Of a stretch of DNA of 31,294 nt, positions 17,196-25,404 are shown piece by piece. The stretch lies in IMG/VR virus record IMGVR_UViG_3300017707_000594, positions 1-31,294 of that record, one strand, 5' to 3'. The translations under genes and the position numbers were made by a program. The stretch comes from a virus. Its lineage: Duplodnaviria > Caudoviricetes. Numbering within the stretch: position 1 is the first letter of the stretch; every line of letters begins with the position of its first letter. Under the pieces are notes generated by a model, which worked only from the letters and a program-made list of their open reading frames with translations, was not told the origin of the DNA and did no database searches.

Positions 17196-17844
17196 TGTTC
17201 TGATTTATTAAATTAGTTAATAGTAAATTTATTTGATTGAAAACATTTTGTTTTTCGTATAGTTCATCTTTTTCGTAATAGATTAAGAAATGTGGCACAC
17301 CATAAGTTAGTTTGTATAATTCCCTTTGCTTATTATGATTGTCTTTTGCTTTTAGTTGGTATGGGTTACTCATATATTTATAAGTAATTGGTTTAATCTG
17401 TAAACCTAAAATTAAAATACCATTAGAAAAGCATTCAAAATCTGTAAAATATTGTTCGTCCTTGTTATAATCTGCTTTTTCAAAAGTTAAGTTTGGAAAT
17501 TGCTCTTGCAGTTCTTTTACCAAAGCTATTTCATTTAGCATTCCATTCCAAGTTTGACCTATTATCCTATGCTTAACGTATGCAAAAGAATCATTAATAT
17601 CTAATGAAGTAATAGCTAAAGACGTATTGGCTAATACCTTTGGGTATCGTTCTAAATAATATTCGTACCATTCACTACTATCTATTTGCTCTACTGATTT
17701 ATAATAGTCATCAAATAGCTTTGCACATTTACCTACTTTGTCGCTCCTGAACAAGCTATTAATAGCAGGTTCTTTATTTAATTGCCTATAAACTTTATCA
17801 TCTATAGGCATATCAAATCTAAAACTACTGTACTTGATATTCAT
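17185..17844 (-). CDS. MjaI-family restriction-endonuclease-like protein
   Basis: VGK...EWYEYYL...TWNG...E...DE...D...QIKPITY motif order as I recall it for RE_MjaI. Confidence 0.65.
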   Translation of the reverse strand: MNIKYSSFRFDMPIDDKVYRQLNKEPAINSLFRSDKVGKCAKLFDDYYKSVEQIDSSEWYEYYLERYPKVLANTSLAITSLDINDSFAYVKHRIIGQTWNGMLNEIALVKELQEQFPNLTFEKADYNKDEQYFTDFECFSNGILILGLQIKPITYKYMSNPYQLKAKDNHNKQRELYKLTYGVPHFLIYYEKDELYEKQNVFNQINLLLTNLINQNNEQ

Positions 17845-18211
17845 TAAATACTTTTCTTAAGTCGTTAATAATATCACGCCAACAAGAAGCACAATTACTA
17901 TCGTCTAATTTTACTTCAAATACTCTAAAGTAAATAGCTTGTATTTGCCATTGTTCGTTTGGTGTTAAACTGCCTTTCTTTGGTGAAACAAAAGGTTTTA
18001 AAGCTTCATAGTCTGATTCAGTTAAGCAATTAACTTTTCTTCTATATGGAATTAAGTTATTTAGTTTTGCTTTTCGTTCTTCGCAACCACAATCTAAACC
18101 TGTGGCTTTGCTAAATGTTTCTACTACTTTTTTAATTCCTGTGGCTTCGGTGATTTTTTCAATCGTATCACCAAGTCCTTGTGACGGTTTTTTTGTTCTT
18201 GCTTTTGCCAT
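17825..18211 (-). CDS. Hypothetical protein, possibly zinc-binding
   Basis: GLGDTIEKIT...DCGC...RK..LN and CASC motifs. Confidence 0.75.
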   Translation of the reverse strand: MAKARTKKPSQGLGDTIEKITEATGIKKVVETFSKATGLDCGCEERKAKLNNLIPYRRKVNCLTESDYEALKPFVSPKKGSLTPNEQWQIQAIYFRVFEVKLDDSNCASCWRDIINDLRKVFNEYQVQ

Positions 18212-18213
18212 AA

Positions 18214-18753
18214 TTAATAAATTGAGTTATAATCGTTTTCTATGTAATCAGTGTAATCTTTTTGAAACTTATCCTTCAAAATAATTTTGTAATTCTTAAT
18301 TGAATTGAATATTGAAATCAAACTAATATTAGTTTCTTTGGCTATATCACGCATAGATAAATCTGTGTCCCTGTATAGCTTAAATAGTTTTCTATCGTAC
18401 CAATCCCAATTTTTTATTTCTTCATCTATCAGCATACATATATCGTTATATGCTTTATGTTCTTCTATATTTGAATCATCGAATAACTCCCAACACCCAT
18501 CAAAAGAAACTTTGTTAATCTTTTTCTTTTTGTTATAGTATTGATAAAATAAAGAACGTAAAGTGAAGTACATATATCCCTTTCTTACCTCACCGTTTGA
18601 ATCAATTAATTTATCAGCATCTGCATATTTCCATAGTGCAATATAAGATTCCTGTACTATGTCTTCAGCGTAGTCATATTCTCCAAATGTTTGAATAACT
18701 TTTACCCAATCGTTATGGTACTGTGCCACTTTGGCTAACCATTGATTATTCAT
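18214..18753 (-). CDS. Phage RNA polymerase sigma factor (ECF-like)
   Basis: AEDIVQESYI region 2; LSMRDIAKETNIS region-4 HTH. Confidence 0.8.
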   Translation of the reverse strand: MNNQWLAKVAQYHNDWVKVIQTFGEYDYAEDIVQESYIALWKYADADKLIDSNGEVRKGYMYFTLRSLFYQYYNKKKKINKVSFDGCWELFDDSNIEEHKAYNDICMLIDEEIKNWDWYDRKLFKLYRDTDLSMRDIAKETNISLISIFNSIKNYKIILKDKFQKDYTDYIENDYNSIY

Positions 18754-18958
18754 AAGTTGTCCAAACTATTGTAAAACATATTACACCTAAAAGAACCTGA
18801 ATAGTGTGTTCTGTTACACCGTCTTCTTCTTCACCATCGTAAAGCCATCCAACCATAAAACCAATAATAGGGTTTATAATTAATTCACCGCCGTACTTTT
18901 GAATCATCATTAGGACAATCCAACAAACTGCTGCAATAGCAAATAAAATTGTAATCAT
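18746..18958 (-). CDS. Small membrane protein
   Basis: Hydrophobic segments; overlaps both neighbours. Confidence 0.7.
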   Translation of the reverse strand: MITILFAIAAVCWIVLMMIQKYGGELIINPIIGFMVGWLYDGEEEDGVTEHTIQVLLGVICFTIVWTTYE

Positions 18959-19254
18959 AAATAAATTTTTGCGTTAATAATACACTCTTTCTTTTCTGAT
19001 TGTATTGGTCTAACTTGAAAATTTACGTTAATATGTGTTAAGTTTGTGTCTGTTTGGTAATAGTGTTTAACTGCTTCAGCTACATCAGTTAAATGCAATT
19101 CATTTTCTAATTCTATTAAGTCTTCTATTTGTTCTAACTTTAAAAGCACATCTTGCACAAAAGAAAACATAACTTTATTATCACAGAATATCAATCCTGT
19201 TCTTGATGCTGTATTTTTTAATTCCTGAATTTGGTTCTTAATAGTTGTTTTCAT
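18955..19254 (-). CDS. Hypothetical protein, 99 aa (start MKTTIKNQ)
   Basis: ATG at 19254 avoids overlap with the ATPase gene. Confidence 0.7.
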   Translation of the reverse strand: MKTTIKNQIQELKNTASRTGLIFCDNKVMFSFVQDVLLKLEQIEDLIELENELHLTDVAEAVKHYYQTDTNLTHINVNFQVRPIQSEKKECIINAKIYL

Positions 19255-19285
19255 TTTGTAAATATAATTAAAAGTTATTAACAAT

Positions 19286-20134
19286 TTAAAAAACTCCTGC
19301 AAGTGGGTCGTAAAAAGCACCTGCAACCTGTGGTAGACCAAATTTATTAACAGTAAAACTAAATGTTTCAAATGATGCGTTTCTACTTCTTTTGCAGCTT
19401 ACAGTTACCAAGTCTTTATTCACCGTGTTAAGTTCTAATTGTATTTGCGTTTCTGTTTTCTTTTCTAAAAATGAACCTAAATGCCCTGTAGGTTTATCTG
19501 AACCGAAGTTACTATGAATAACTGTTATAATGTGACAATTCAATTCTTTTGACCATTTCATTAATTTCTGCACTACTGCATTTGATTCTTCAATATTGTT
19601 TACATCACTACATAAATCAGCTACCCCATCTATAATTACTAAACCTACATCTTTACCTTCTAATTTTTCGTACAAGTACCATTCTATAAATTGTATGCGT
19701 TCTTTAAATCCTAATTGACGTAATGCAAACGTATGGTATTTTTTTGTATCTATTTCAGTCATATCAATTGGTCTTCTAAAAACCATTTGAGCGTGAAAGT
19801 TCCCTTGCTCTGTATCGAAATGTATCAGGTGTTTTCCGTTGCTATAACCTTGTAATTCTCCACCGAATGCATCAAGTCTACCTTTCATATATACAGCACT
19901 TAAAAGTGAAATAAAGAATGTCTTCTTGCTTTTAGGCGGTGCTTGTACAAAGCTGAAATTTCCGTATGTTCCTAATGGTAATGGAAACTCTTTTACACCA
20001 TCTTTTGTTTCGTATGTTTTTGTACCTAAAGATAAAGCAGGTTCAGGATGTTCTATTTTTTGTGTTGGGTCTATTCTTAATTCATCTTCATACATTTCCA
20101 TTAGGAGTTGTACTGCATCTTTATCTAATTCCAT
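19286..20134 (-). CDS. RecA-fold AAA ATPase / putative replicative helicase (AAA_25-like)
   Basis: APPKSKKT P-loop, FDTEQ, VIIDG Walker B, VIH, GHLGS. Confidence 0.8.
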   Translation of the reverse strand: MELDKDAVQLLMEMYEDELRIDPTQKIEHPEPALSLGTKTYETKDGVKEFPLPLGTYGNFSFVQAPPKSKKTFFISLLSAVYMKGRLDAFGGELQGYSNGKHLIHFDTEQGNFHAQMVFRRPIDMTEIDTKKYHTFALRQLGFKERIQFIEWYLYEKLEGKDVGLVIIDGVADLCSDVNNIEESNAVVQKLMKWSKELNCHIITVIHSNFGSDKPTGHLGSFLEKKTETQIQLELNTVNKDLVTVSCKRSRNASFETFSFTVNKFGLPQVAGAFYDPLAGVF

Positions 20135-20871
20135 TTGTTTCCTTTTCTTAAATTATCTATTGCCCATAATGGTTGAAAATTTGTATAGTGATTTAACAAT
20201 ATAACATCTTCTTCTGTTTTAGACAAAGATAATGGTTTTATGTGGTCTAAATGCCATTCTCCATAATTTTCAAATGTCATTCCTTCAATAAATTTATTTT
20301 CTATATAAAGTCTAAATTCTTGTATTGTACATCCTAATATATTTTCTGTTTTAGAATTTTTATTAAATTTATTACTTCCTCTTTTAAATGAATTTTTTAT
20401 TAAACATCTAACATTGTTTTTAAATCTAAAGATATCATCTGTTAGTAGTCTTTGTTTTTTGTATATATATTCTTTATCTCTATTCTCTTTTATAAGTCTC
20501 CAATTTTTAGATTTAATATATGAACAACATTTACAATAATAATGAATTCCAAAAGGTCTATTTTTTGAAGCATTAAAAAATTCTGTAGTTGCAGGTTTCC
20601 ATTTAGAACAAGAAGAGCATTTTTTTTCTTTTTTATAAATATTAATAGATTCTCTACATAAATTACATTTTGAATTATTTTTTATTTGATTATTTAGAAT
20701 AGAAGGGGTATTTGAATTAGATTCAGTACCACAAAATTTACATATTTTTTTAAAATAATGTCTTTCATATTTTTGGTTTCCTAATTTTAATCTTCCTAAA
20801 TATTCTGTAACTTTATAAGAACCAAATTCAACACCTATATATTTATATTTAATTTCATCATATAATTCCAT
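20125..20871 (-). CDS. HNH homing-endonuclease-like protein 2
   Basis: Several CxxC pairs; WHLDHIKP...NHYTNFQPLW. Confidence 0.85.
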   Translation of the reverse strand: MELYDEIKYKYIGVEFGSYKVTEYLGRLKLGNQKYERHYFKKICKFCGTESNSNTPSILNNQIKNNSKCNLCRESINIYKKEKKCSSCSKWKPATTEFFNASKNRPFGIHYYCKCCSYIKSKNWRLIKENRDKEYIYKKQRLLTDDIFRFKNNVRCLIKNSFKRGSNKFNKNSKTENILGCTIQEFRLYIENKFIEGMTFENYGEWHLDHIKPLSLSKTEEDVILLNHYTNFQPLWAIDNLRKGNKWN

Positions 20872-20885
20872 AATGTTTTTTATTT

Positions 20886-20914
20886 AAAAAGGGGAGCATT
20901 TTATTTACTCCCCT
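20886..20914 (-). terminator. Intrinsic terminator after SSB-like gene
   Basis: - strand AGGGGAGT...GCTCCCCT followed by a T run. Confidence 0.75.
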
Positions 20915-20922
20915 GATTTAAT

Positions 20923-21225
20923 TTAGAACGGCAAATTATCTGAAACAGTTTGTGCTTTTTCAGCAACGTTTTGTTCCTTTTTAATAGCTACGATGTTTCC
21001 ATCAGTCCAAACTACTGACCCGTTACCAATATAGTTTTTTGGTTTCTTAACATCACGTTCTTCTTTTGTTTGTGAATCAAAAGCTGATACATTTTGTCCA
21101 AACTGATTTGCATCATCATTTACATTAATTGTAAAATTGTAATACACTTTTCCGTCTTTACCTGCTACAAATTTCTCTTTAGGCAATTGGTCTACTCTTA
21201 AGCTTAAATTAATTAATGCTCCCAT
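20923..21225 (-). CDS. Putative single-stranded DNA-binding protein
   Basis: C-terminal DNLPF tail, YIGNG motif, follows ERF. Confidence 0.65.
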   Translation of the reverse strand: MGALINLSLRVDQLPKEKFVAGKDGKVYYNFTINVNDDANQFGQNVSAFDSQTKEERDVKKPKNYIGNGSVVWTDGNIVAIKKEQNVAEKAQTVSDNLPF

Positions 21226-21284
21226 AATATTTGTTTTTTTACTTTGCCTACCTTTTTTTCCTGTTGTCAGCTATTCAGTTTTAT

Positions 21285-21863
21285 TTATTTTACTTTTAGT
21301 AATTCGTCTTTAACTGCTTTTGCTAATTTATACTTTTTTTCAATAGCTTCTATATTACCACCACTTTTTAAGTATTCAATTGATTTAGTAAATTCAGGTG
21401 TGTTTTTATTTAACCATTTTTTATCGTCAACCAAATCAGCTATTTTTATACCGCTATCGTGCTTGTTAACCGCATCAGCATCTTGTGTATCGTCAATTAG
21501 TAATAAATTACCTAAAGCATACTTTTTAGCATATGAACTTGCAGAACCAAATTGTTGAGGTACTTGCATACCTTTTTGATTTAAATCTACACCTACAATT
21601 GCAATAGTTGATAGTTCATTAATTCCATTGTTGTCATATACTGTAGCAGTAGATTCCATAATAGGTAACGATGAATTTACATCTATTAATCTTTCTGTAA
21701 TAGTAAAAGATACTCCATACTTTTCGTTAAACGGCTTTAAACCTTCTAATATATCTTCAGCACTTCTAAAGTTATATTTACCAAAGCTGTTAAATCTTGA
21801 CTTGTTAGCTTTAAATTCAATTTGAATTCTGCTTAACTTTTCGTTTAATGATAACTCTTTCAT
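21285..21863 (-). CDS. erf: ERF-family single-strand annealing recombinase
   Basis: FGKYNFRSAEDI and QQFGSASSYAKKYAL...DAD. Confidence 0.9.
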   Translation of the reverse strand: MKELSLNEKLSRIQIEFKANKSRFNSFGKYNFRSAEDILEGLKPFNEKYGVSFTITERLIDVNSSLPIMESTATVYDNNGINELSTIAIVGVDLNQKGMQVPQQFGSASSYAKKYALGNLLLIDDTQDADAVNKHDSGIKIADLVDDKKWLNKNTPEFTKSIEYLKSGGNIEAIEKKYKLAKAVKDELLKVK

Positions 21864-21865
21864 AA

Positions 21866-22045
21866 TTAGTTTTGTTTTAGTTCGTAAATTTGTTGTTTGA
21901 TTAATGTTTTATATTCTTCTGTTATACCTTCATTTAATGCTTCAAAGCAATAAGTTGCAAGTAAATTGTTTTCCTGTTTTAGTTTACAAATTTCTGCTTG
22001 TAATGCTTCTATTTGAAATCTGTTGAAGTCGATTAAATCTTTCAT
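21866..22045 (-). CDS. Hypothetical coiled-coil protein, 59 aa (MKDLIDFNR...)
   Basis: Translated by hand; coupled to both neighbours. Confidence 0.7.
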   Translation of the reverse strand: MKDLIDFNRFQIEALQAEICKLKQENNLLATYCFEALNEGITEEYKTLIKQQIYELKQN

Positions 22046-22146
22046 TAGTATCTTAAAATTATTTGGATTAAAAAATACAAAGCTAATGCTTGTGCGAATA
22101 AAATTTGGTAATTTGCTTTTGTTAAAAATGTTTTGATTGCTTTCAT
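22045..22146 (-). CDS. 33-aa single-TM peptide
   Basis: MKAIKTFLTKANYQILFAQALALYFLIQIILRY; first gene after promoter; TAATG coupling. Confidence 0.65.
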   Translation of the reverse strand: MKAIKTFLTKANYQILFAQALALYFLIQIILRY

Positions 22147-22175
22147 AATTTGTTATTTGTTAATGTTTGATGTGG

Positions 22176-22237
22176 CAAATATATAACAGGTTTTTTAATA
22201 AACAACTATGATTTAAAATTTTAACATAATTTTAACA
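22176..22237 (-). promoter_or_regulatory. TATATTTG promoter plus TGTTAA-N5-TGTTAA box
   Basis: CAAATATA 22176-22183; TTAACATAATTTTAACA 22221-22237. Confidence 0.7.
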
Positions 22238-22244
22238 GATTGGC

Positions 22245-22273
22245 AAAAAAAGGGCTACCGTTTAAAGTAGCCC
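22245..22273 (-). terminator. Intrinsic terminator
   Basis: - strand GGGCTAC...GTAGCCC followed by T7. Confidence 0.8.
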
Positions 22274-22318
22274 AATTTAACATTAACCAAATTATAAAAG
22301 AGAATCAGAAAAGAAATG

Positions 22319-22708
22319 TCAAAATAGCTTGTTAAGCTCTGTATAATGCTGAATCATATCTTGCAGCTCTACATCGGTAAATTTACAAATAGTTTGTGAT
22401 TTAGCATATAGTTGTTCAGGGAAGTTATCACCATATTGTGAACAAAGGTATTTAGTATATAAATATATTTCACCTGCTCTAAACACATTGCATCCTGCAC
22501 ATTGTACATTACAGTTTCTTTCATCCCAACGAGTGCTATAATGTCTTCTACTTGCCCAATGTCCATTCTGAAGTTTCGACCAATGGTCTTTCTTTCCACA
22601 AGTAACGCATTGTGCTATGTCATTTACAGCATCTTTGCGGCGAATATAAATTGAAAACACCATATCAAGCTTTTTAATAAGCGAAGTCCTTGTTGGTTTC
22701 TTTGCCAT
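22319..22708 (-). CDS. ninG: NinG/Rap-like HNH recombination nuclease
   Basis: FSIYIRRKD, CVTCG, NGHW.SR, RWDERNC..QC..CN. Confidence 0.8.
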   Translation of the reverse strand: MAKKPTRTSLIKKLDMVFSIYIRRKDAVNDIAQCVTCGKKDHWSKLQNGHWASRRHYSTRWDERNCNVQCAGCNVFRAGEIYLYTKYLCSQYGDNFPEQLYAKSQTICKFTDVELQDMIQHYTELNKLF

Positions 22709-23280
22709 TATATTCTATTGCCTTTTTTAAGATTATCTATTGCCCATAATGGCTGAAAGTTACTATAGTGATTTAATGCAATTATTTCTTCTTCTGTTTT
22801 AGCAAGTGAAACAGGGTAAATATGGTCTAAATGCCATTCACCTTGATTACTCCAACTCATACCTTCAGTAAATTGTTTTTCCAAATGTAATTTAAATTCT
22901 TCAAAAGTACAGCCAAGTATATTATAAGTTTTTGATTTTTTAGTATAATTATTCTGTATAAATTTTGTGTAAATTAAAGTTCTTATATTTGAACTTAATT
23001 TAAATAAAACATCATTATTTTTTCTTTTTAAATTATATTCTCTTATATATTTAGTTCGAACTTCTTTGTTTTCTTGACACCATTTTTTTGAATATTCTTT
23101 ATTTTCTTTTCTCCATTTTTTTGAATATTCTTTAAGATGTTCTTTATTTTTTTCTCTATAAGATATACTGTACTCCTTTACACAAAGTTTACACTTATTA
23201 CAAAGTTTATCTTTTGAATAATTATTTTTACTAAAATTAGTAAAAGGTTTTTCTATTTTGCATTTATTACATTTTTTCAT
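22708..23280 (-). CDS. HNH homing-endonuclease-like protein 3 (start MKKCNKC)
   Basis: CxxC N-terminus; WHLDHIYP...NHYSNFQPLW; ATG at 23280 lies downstream of the promoter at 23299-23306. Confidence 0.85.
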   Translation of the reverse strand: MKKCNKCKIEKPFTNFSKNNYSKDKLCNKCKLCVKEYSISYREKNKEHLKEYSKKWRKENKEYSKKWCQENKEVRTKYIREYNLKRKNNDVLFKLSSNIRTLIYTKFIQNNYTKKSKTYNILGCTFEEFKLHLEKQFTEGMSWSNQGEWHLDHIYPVSLAKTEEEIIALNHYSNFQPLWAIDNLKKGNRI

Positions 23281-23298
23281 ATTATAATTACTTATACT

Positions 23299-23373
23299 CA
23301 AATATACAAAATACTTATAAACAAAATGTTAATAAATATAAAACTTTGGTATTATAAAACTATTATATATTTG
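23299..23373. promoter_or_regulatory. Divergent TATATTTG promoters
   Basis: - strand element 23299-23306; + strand element 23366-23373. Confidence 0.6.
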
Positions 23374-23551
23374 TAAAATAAAATCCGATGCGTCGAAGAC
23401 TTGAAGAACCTAATAAATATGGAAGCTTCTTGGAACAGGTAAAAATTGAAAATATCTTTTTTCTTATGGGGGGTTTTTCTTTATTTTCTTTTTATTTTCT
23501 TAAACTTGTTTTATTTTTCTTTTCTTTCTTTTTTAAATAAAAAAATATAAA

Positions 23552-23998
23552 CTAAAATTTAAATAAGTTTTTAAACCTATAAATTAAAAATAAAATAATA
23601 ATTAAAATAAGTATCCATAAAAAACTAAAACTTCTTCTATCTGTTTTTTTTTCTTTTATATTTTTAGTTTCTTGCTTTGATTTAGAAACTTGTTTTAAAA
23701 CATTTTTAGACACTATTATCTTACTTGTATCTACTAATGTTTTATTTTGTTTTTTGTATTTTAAAACAGCGTTAAAATAGCTTGTACCATCTATTACAAT
23801 AGGTAAACTATCATTCAATGGTTTAATTTCTAATTCTGTAGTATTTTCAGTAAAATAAACATTTTTGTTTATAATTGAAGTGCTATCTGTTTTTGTGATA
23901 GCTGTAGAATCTGTATTGATTTTTATATCTGTTTTAGATACATCTACTTTTCTTGAAGCACAAGAAGTAATTAATAAAATTAAAACTAAATATTTCAT
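23552..23998 (-). CDS. Unimolecular spanin candidate
   Basis: Lipoprotein signal (LLITS-C13), C-terminal TM helix, directly after endolysin. Confidence 0.75.
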   Translation of the reverse strand: MKYLVLILLITSCASRKVDVSKTDIKINTDSTAITKTDSTSIINKNVYFTENTTELEIKPLNDSLPIVIDGTSYFNAVLKYKKQNKTLVDTSKIIVSKNVLKQVSKSKQETKNIKEKKTDRRSFSFLWILILIIILFLIYRFKNLFKF

Positions 23999-24444
23999 TT
24001 GGTAAAGTATAATGCTGATTCAGCAATGCGTCTATTTGTTAAACCATTTAAAACTTTACCATTTGCTTTATTCCACTTTAAAAACTCTTTAGCTATATTA
24101 CCATCATTTGGATTTATGTTTACCAATTTTAACAAAGTAGATTTTTGTAAATTAGATACACCTACATTATAAGCAAAAGAAGTTAATGCGTTTAACTGGT
24201 TTACAGTTATTTTTGACTTTACAAGTTTCAATACATCTTCAGCAAATTCATCAGCAGTATGTGCTAATATTTCATTAGCGTATTCTTTTGTAATTTGTTT
24301 GTCTGTAATTTTAACTTTAGTTCCGTTTGGGTAATAAGTGTTACCATACCCAATAGTAGAAATACCTGCAGGACATTTGTAAGGTCTGTCACTATAGCCT
24401 TCAAACTTTTTTATTAATTCGTAACCTTTATCGCTTAATTTCAT
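23995..24444 (-). CDS. Endolysin, GH24 lysozyme
   Basis: FEG...YKCPAG.STIGYG, SFAYNVG, GLTNRR.AE. Confidence 0.95.
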   Translation of the reverse strand: MKLSDKGYELIKKFEGYSDRPYKCPAGISTIGYGNTYYPNGTKVKITDKQITKEYANEILAHTADEFAEDVLKLVKSKITVNQLNALTSFAYNVGVSNLQKSTLLKLVNINPNDGNIAKEFLKWNKANGKVLNGLTNRRIAESALYFTK

Positions 24445-24862
24445 TGAAGTCTGCTTTTATTTCTTTAGCTCTATTAAATGCTGTTTTTAATAATTGCCAA
24501 ATATCAACTTTAAATGAAGCTTCAATGTTTTCTTTAATAGATACTAATTCAACAAAGATTAATAGTATAGCACAAATCTTGGTAAACATAAAGTCAAAAC
24601 CAAAAGCGTGTTTTACGAATTCATTTAAAACGAATTTGTCAATTAAGAATAAAAAGATTATACATATTTCGTATAATGCCATTTTAGAAATTACATTGCT
24701 TAATTTTCTACTTCTTATTGATTGTAAACCTTCAAGCTTTATGCTTTTAAATATACCTGTAAAAGTATCTAAAATTATTGCACTACCTACGGCTATCAAT
24801 AAACCGTAGATAGGTACAAAAAATAATATTAATGAAGCAAAAAAATAATTAATGTATTTCAT
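24428..24862 (-). CDS. Holin (phage holin 4-like)
   Basis: Three TM segments, DTFTG and ELVSIKEN motifs, upstream of endolysin. Confidence 0.8.
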   Translation of the reverse strand: MKYINYFFASLILFFVPIYGLLIAVGSAIILDTFTGIFKSIKLEGLQSIRSRKLSNVISKMALYEICIIFLFLIDKFVLNEFVKHAFGFDFMFTKICAILLIFVELVSIKENIEASFKVDIWQLLKTAFNRAKEIKADFNEIKR

Positions 24863-24877
24863 TTTAAATGTTTATTC

Positions 24878-25021
24878 TTATTCTTCTATTACTTCTTCTT
24901 TAGGTGCTAAAGTATTAATAGCTTGTGCCACTGCTACTGCATCTGCTAATTGTAATAAACCACCTTTTTGTGCTAAATGTGCTACTTGTACTAAAATTTC
25001 AATTGCTTGTTTAGTTTCCAT
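24878..25021 (-). CDS. Hypothetical protein, 47 aa (METKQAIEILVQ...)
   Basis: Translated by hand; follows a late-promoter motif. Confidence 0.7.
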   Translation of the reverse strand: METKQAIEILVQVAHLAQKGGLLQLADAVAVAQAINTLAPKEEVIEE

Positions 25022-25085
25022 AATTGTTTGTTTTAATTAATTTTTATTTGATTTACTTAAAAATAACATAATGTTACTTTTGTTT

Positions 25086-25403
25086 TTAGTTTTCAAATGG
25101 GGGTTGTAGTGTTACATTAACGGGGTTAATTAGTAAGTCTAATTGCTTGTCTAAATTTTCTTCCATTGCAGGTACATCTAATGTAGCTTCTAACCATCCG
25201 CACACTTGGTCTTTAGTTAGTTCTTCATAAGGTGTAAAATCTTCACCTGTTGGTAAAGGCATCGAAGTAGCCCCGTAAACATCTGTAGAAACACCATCTT
25301 TTTCTGCAGCATAACGCCAATGAATTGTAATTACTACATCTTGTAAATCACCATCTTTTTTGATACATTCCATTGCTGAAATTATCCACTTAAATTGTGT
25401 CAT
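25086..25403 (-). CDS. Tail-fibre-associated protein
   Basis: Acidic 105 aa, FTPYEELT...V.GW motif, after the fibre gene. Confidence 0.6.
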   Translation of the reverse strand: MTQFKWIISAMECIKKDGDLQDVVITIHWRYAAEKDGVSTDVYGATSMPLPTGEDFTPYEELTKDQVCGWLEATLDVPAMEENLDKQLDLLINPVNVTLQPPFEN

Positions 25404-25404
25404 A

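Noticed and set aside
23080-23133. 21-bp direct repeat
   Set aside because: Coding repeat (KEYSKKW twice) in the HNH helical linker; not a CRISPR or regulatory array
16274-23280. Group I introns around the HNH genes
   Set aside because: Flanking genes look intact and there is no non-coding space for an intron core
11703-23301. 5' extensions in the ORF track (starts at 11780, 19371, 23301)
   Set aside because: They cross promoters or overlap the upstream gene; ATGs at 11702, 19254 and 23280 fit better
23384-23440. Hammerhead ribozyme (CCGATGC-stem-TTGAA)
   Set aside because: Deviates from the CUGANGA/GAAA core, and no proper stem III with a UH site
25382-25390. DnaA-box-like TTATCCACT
   Set aside because: Single imperfect match inside a CDS
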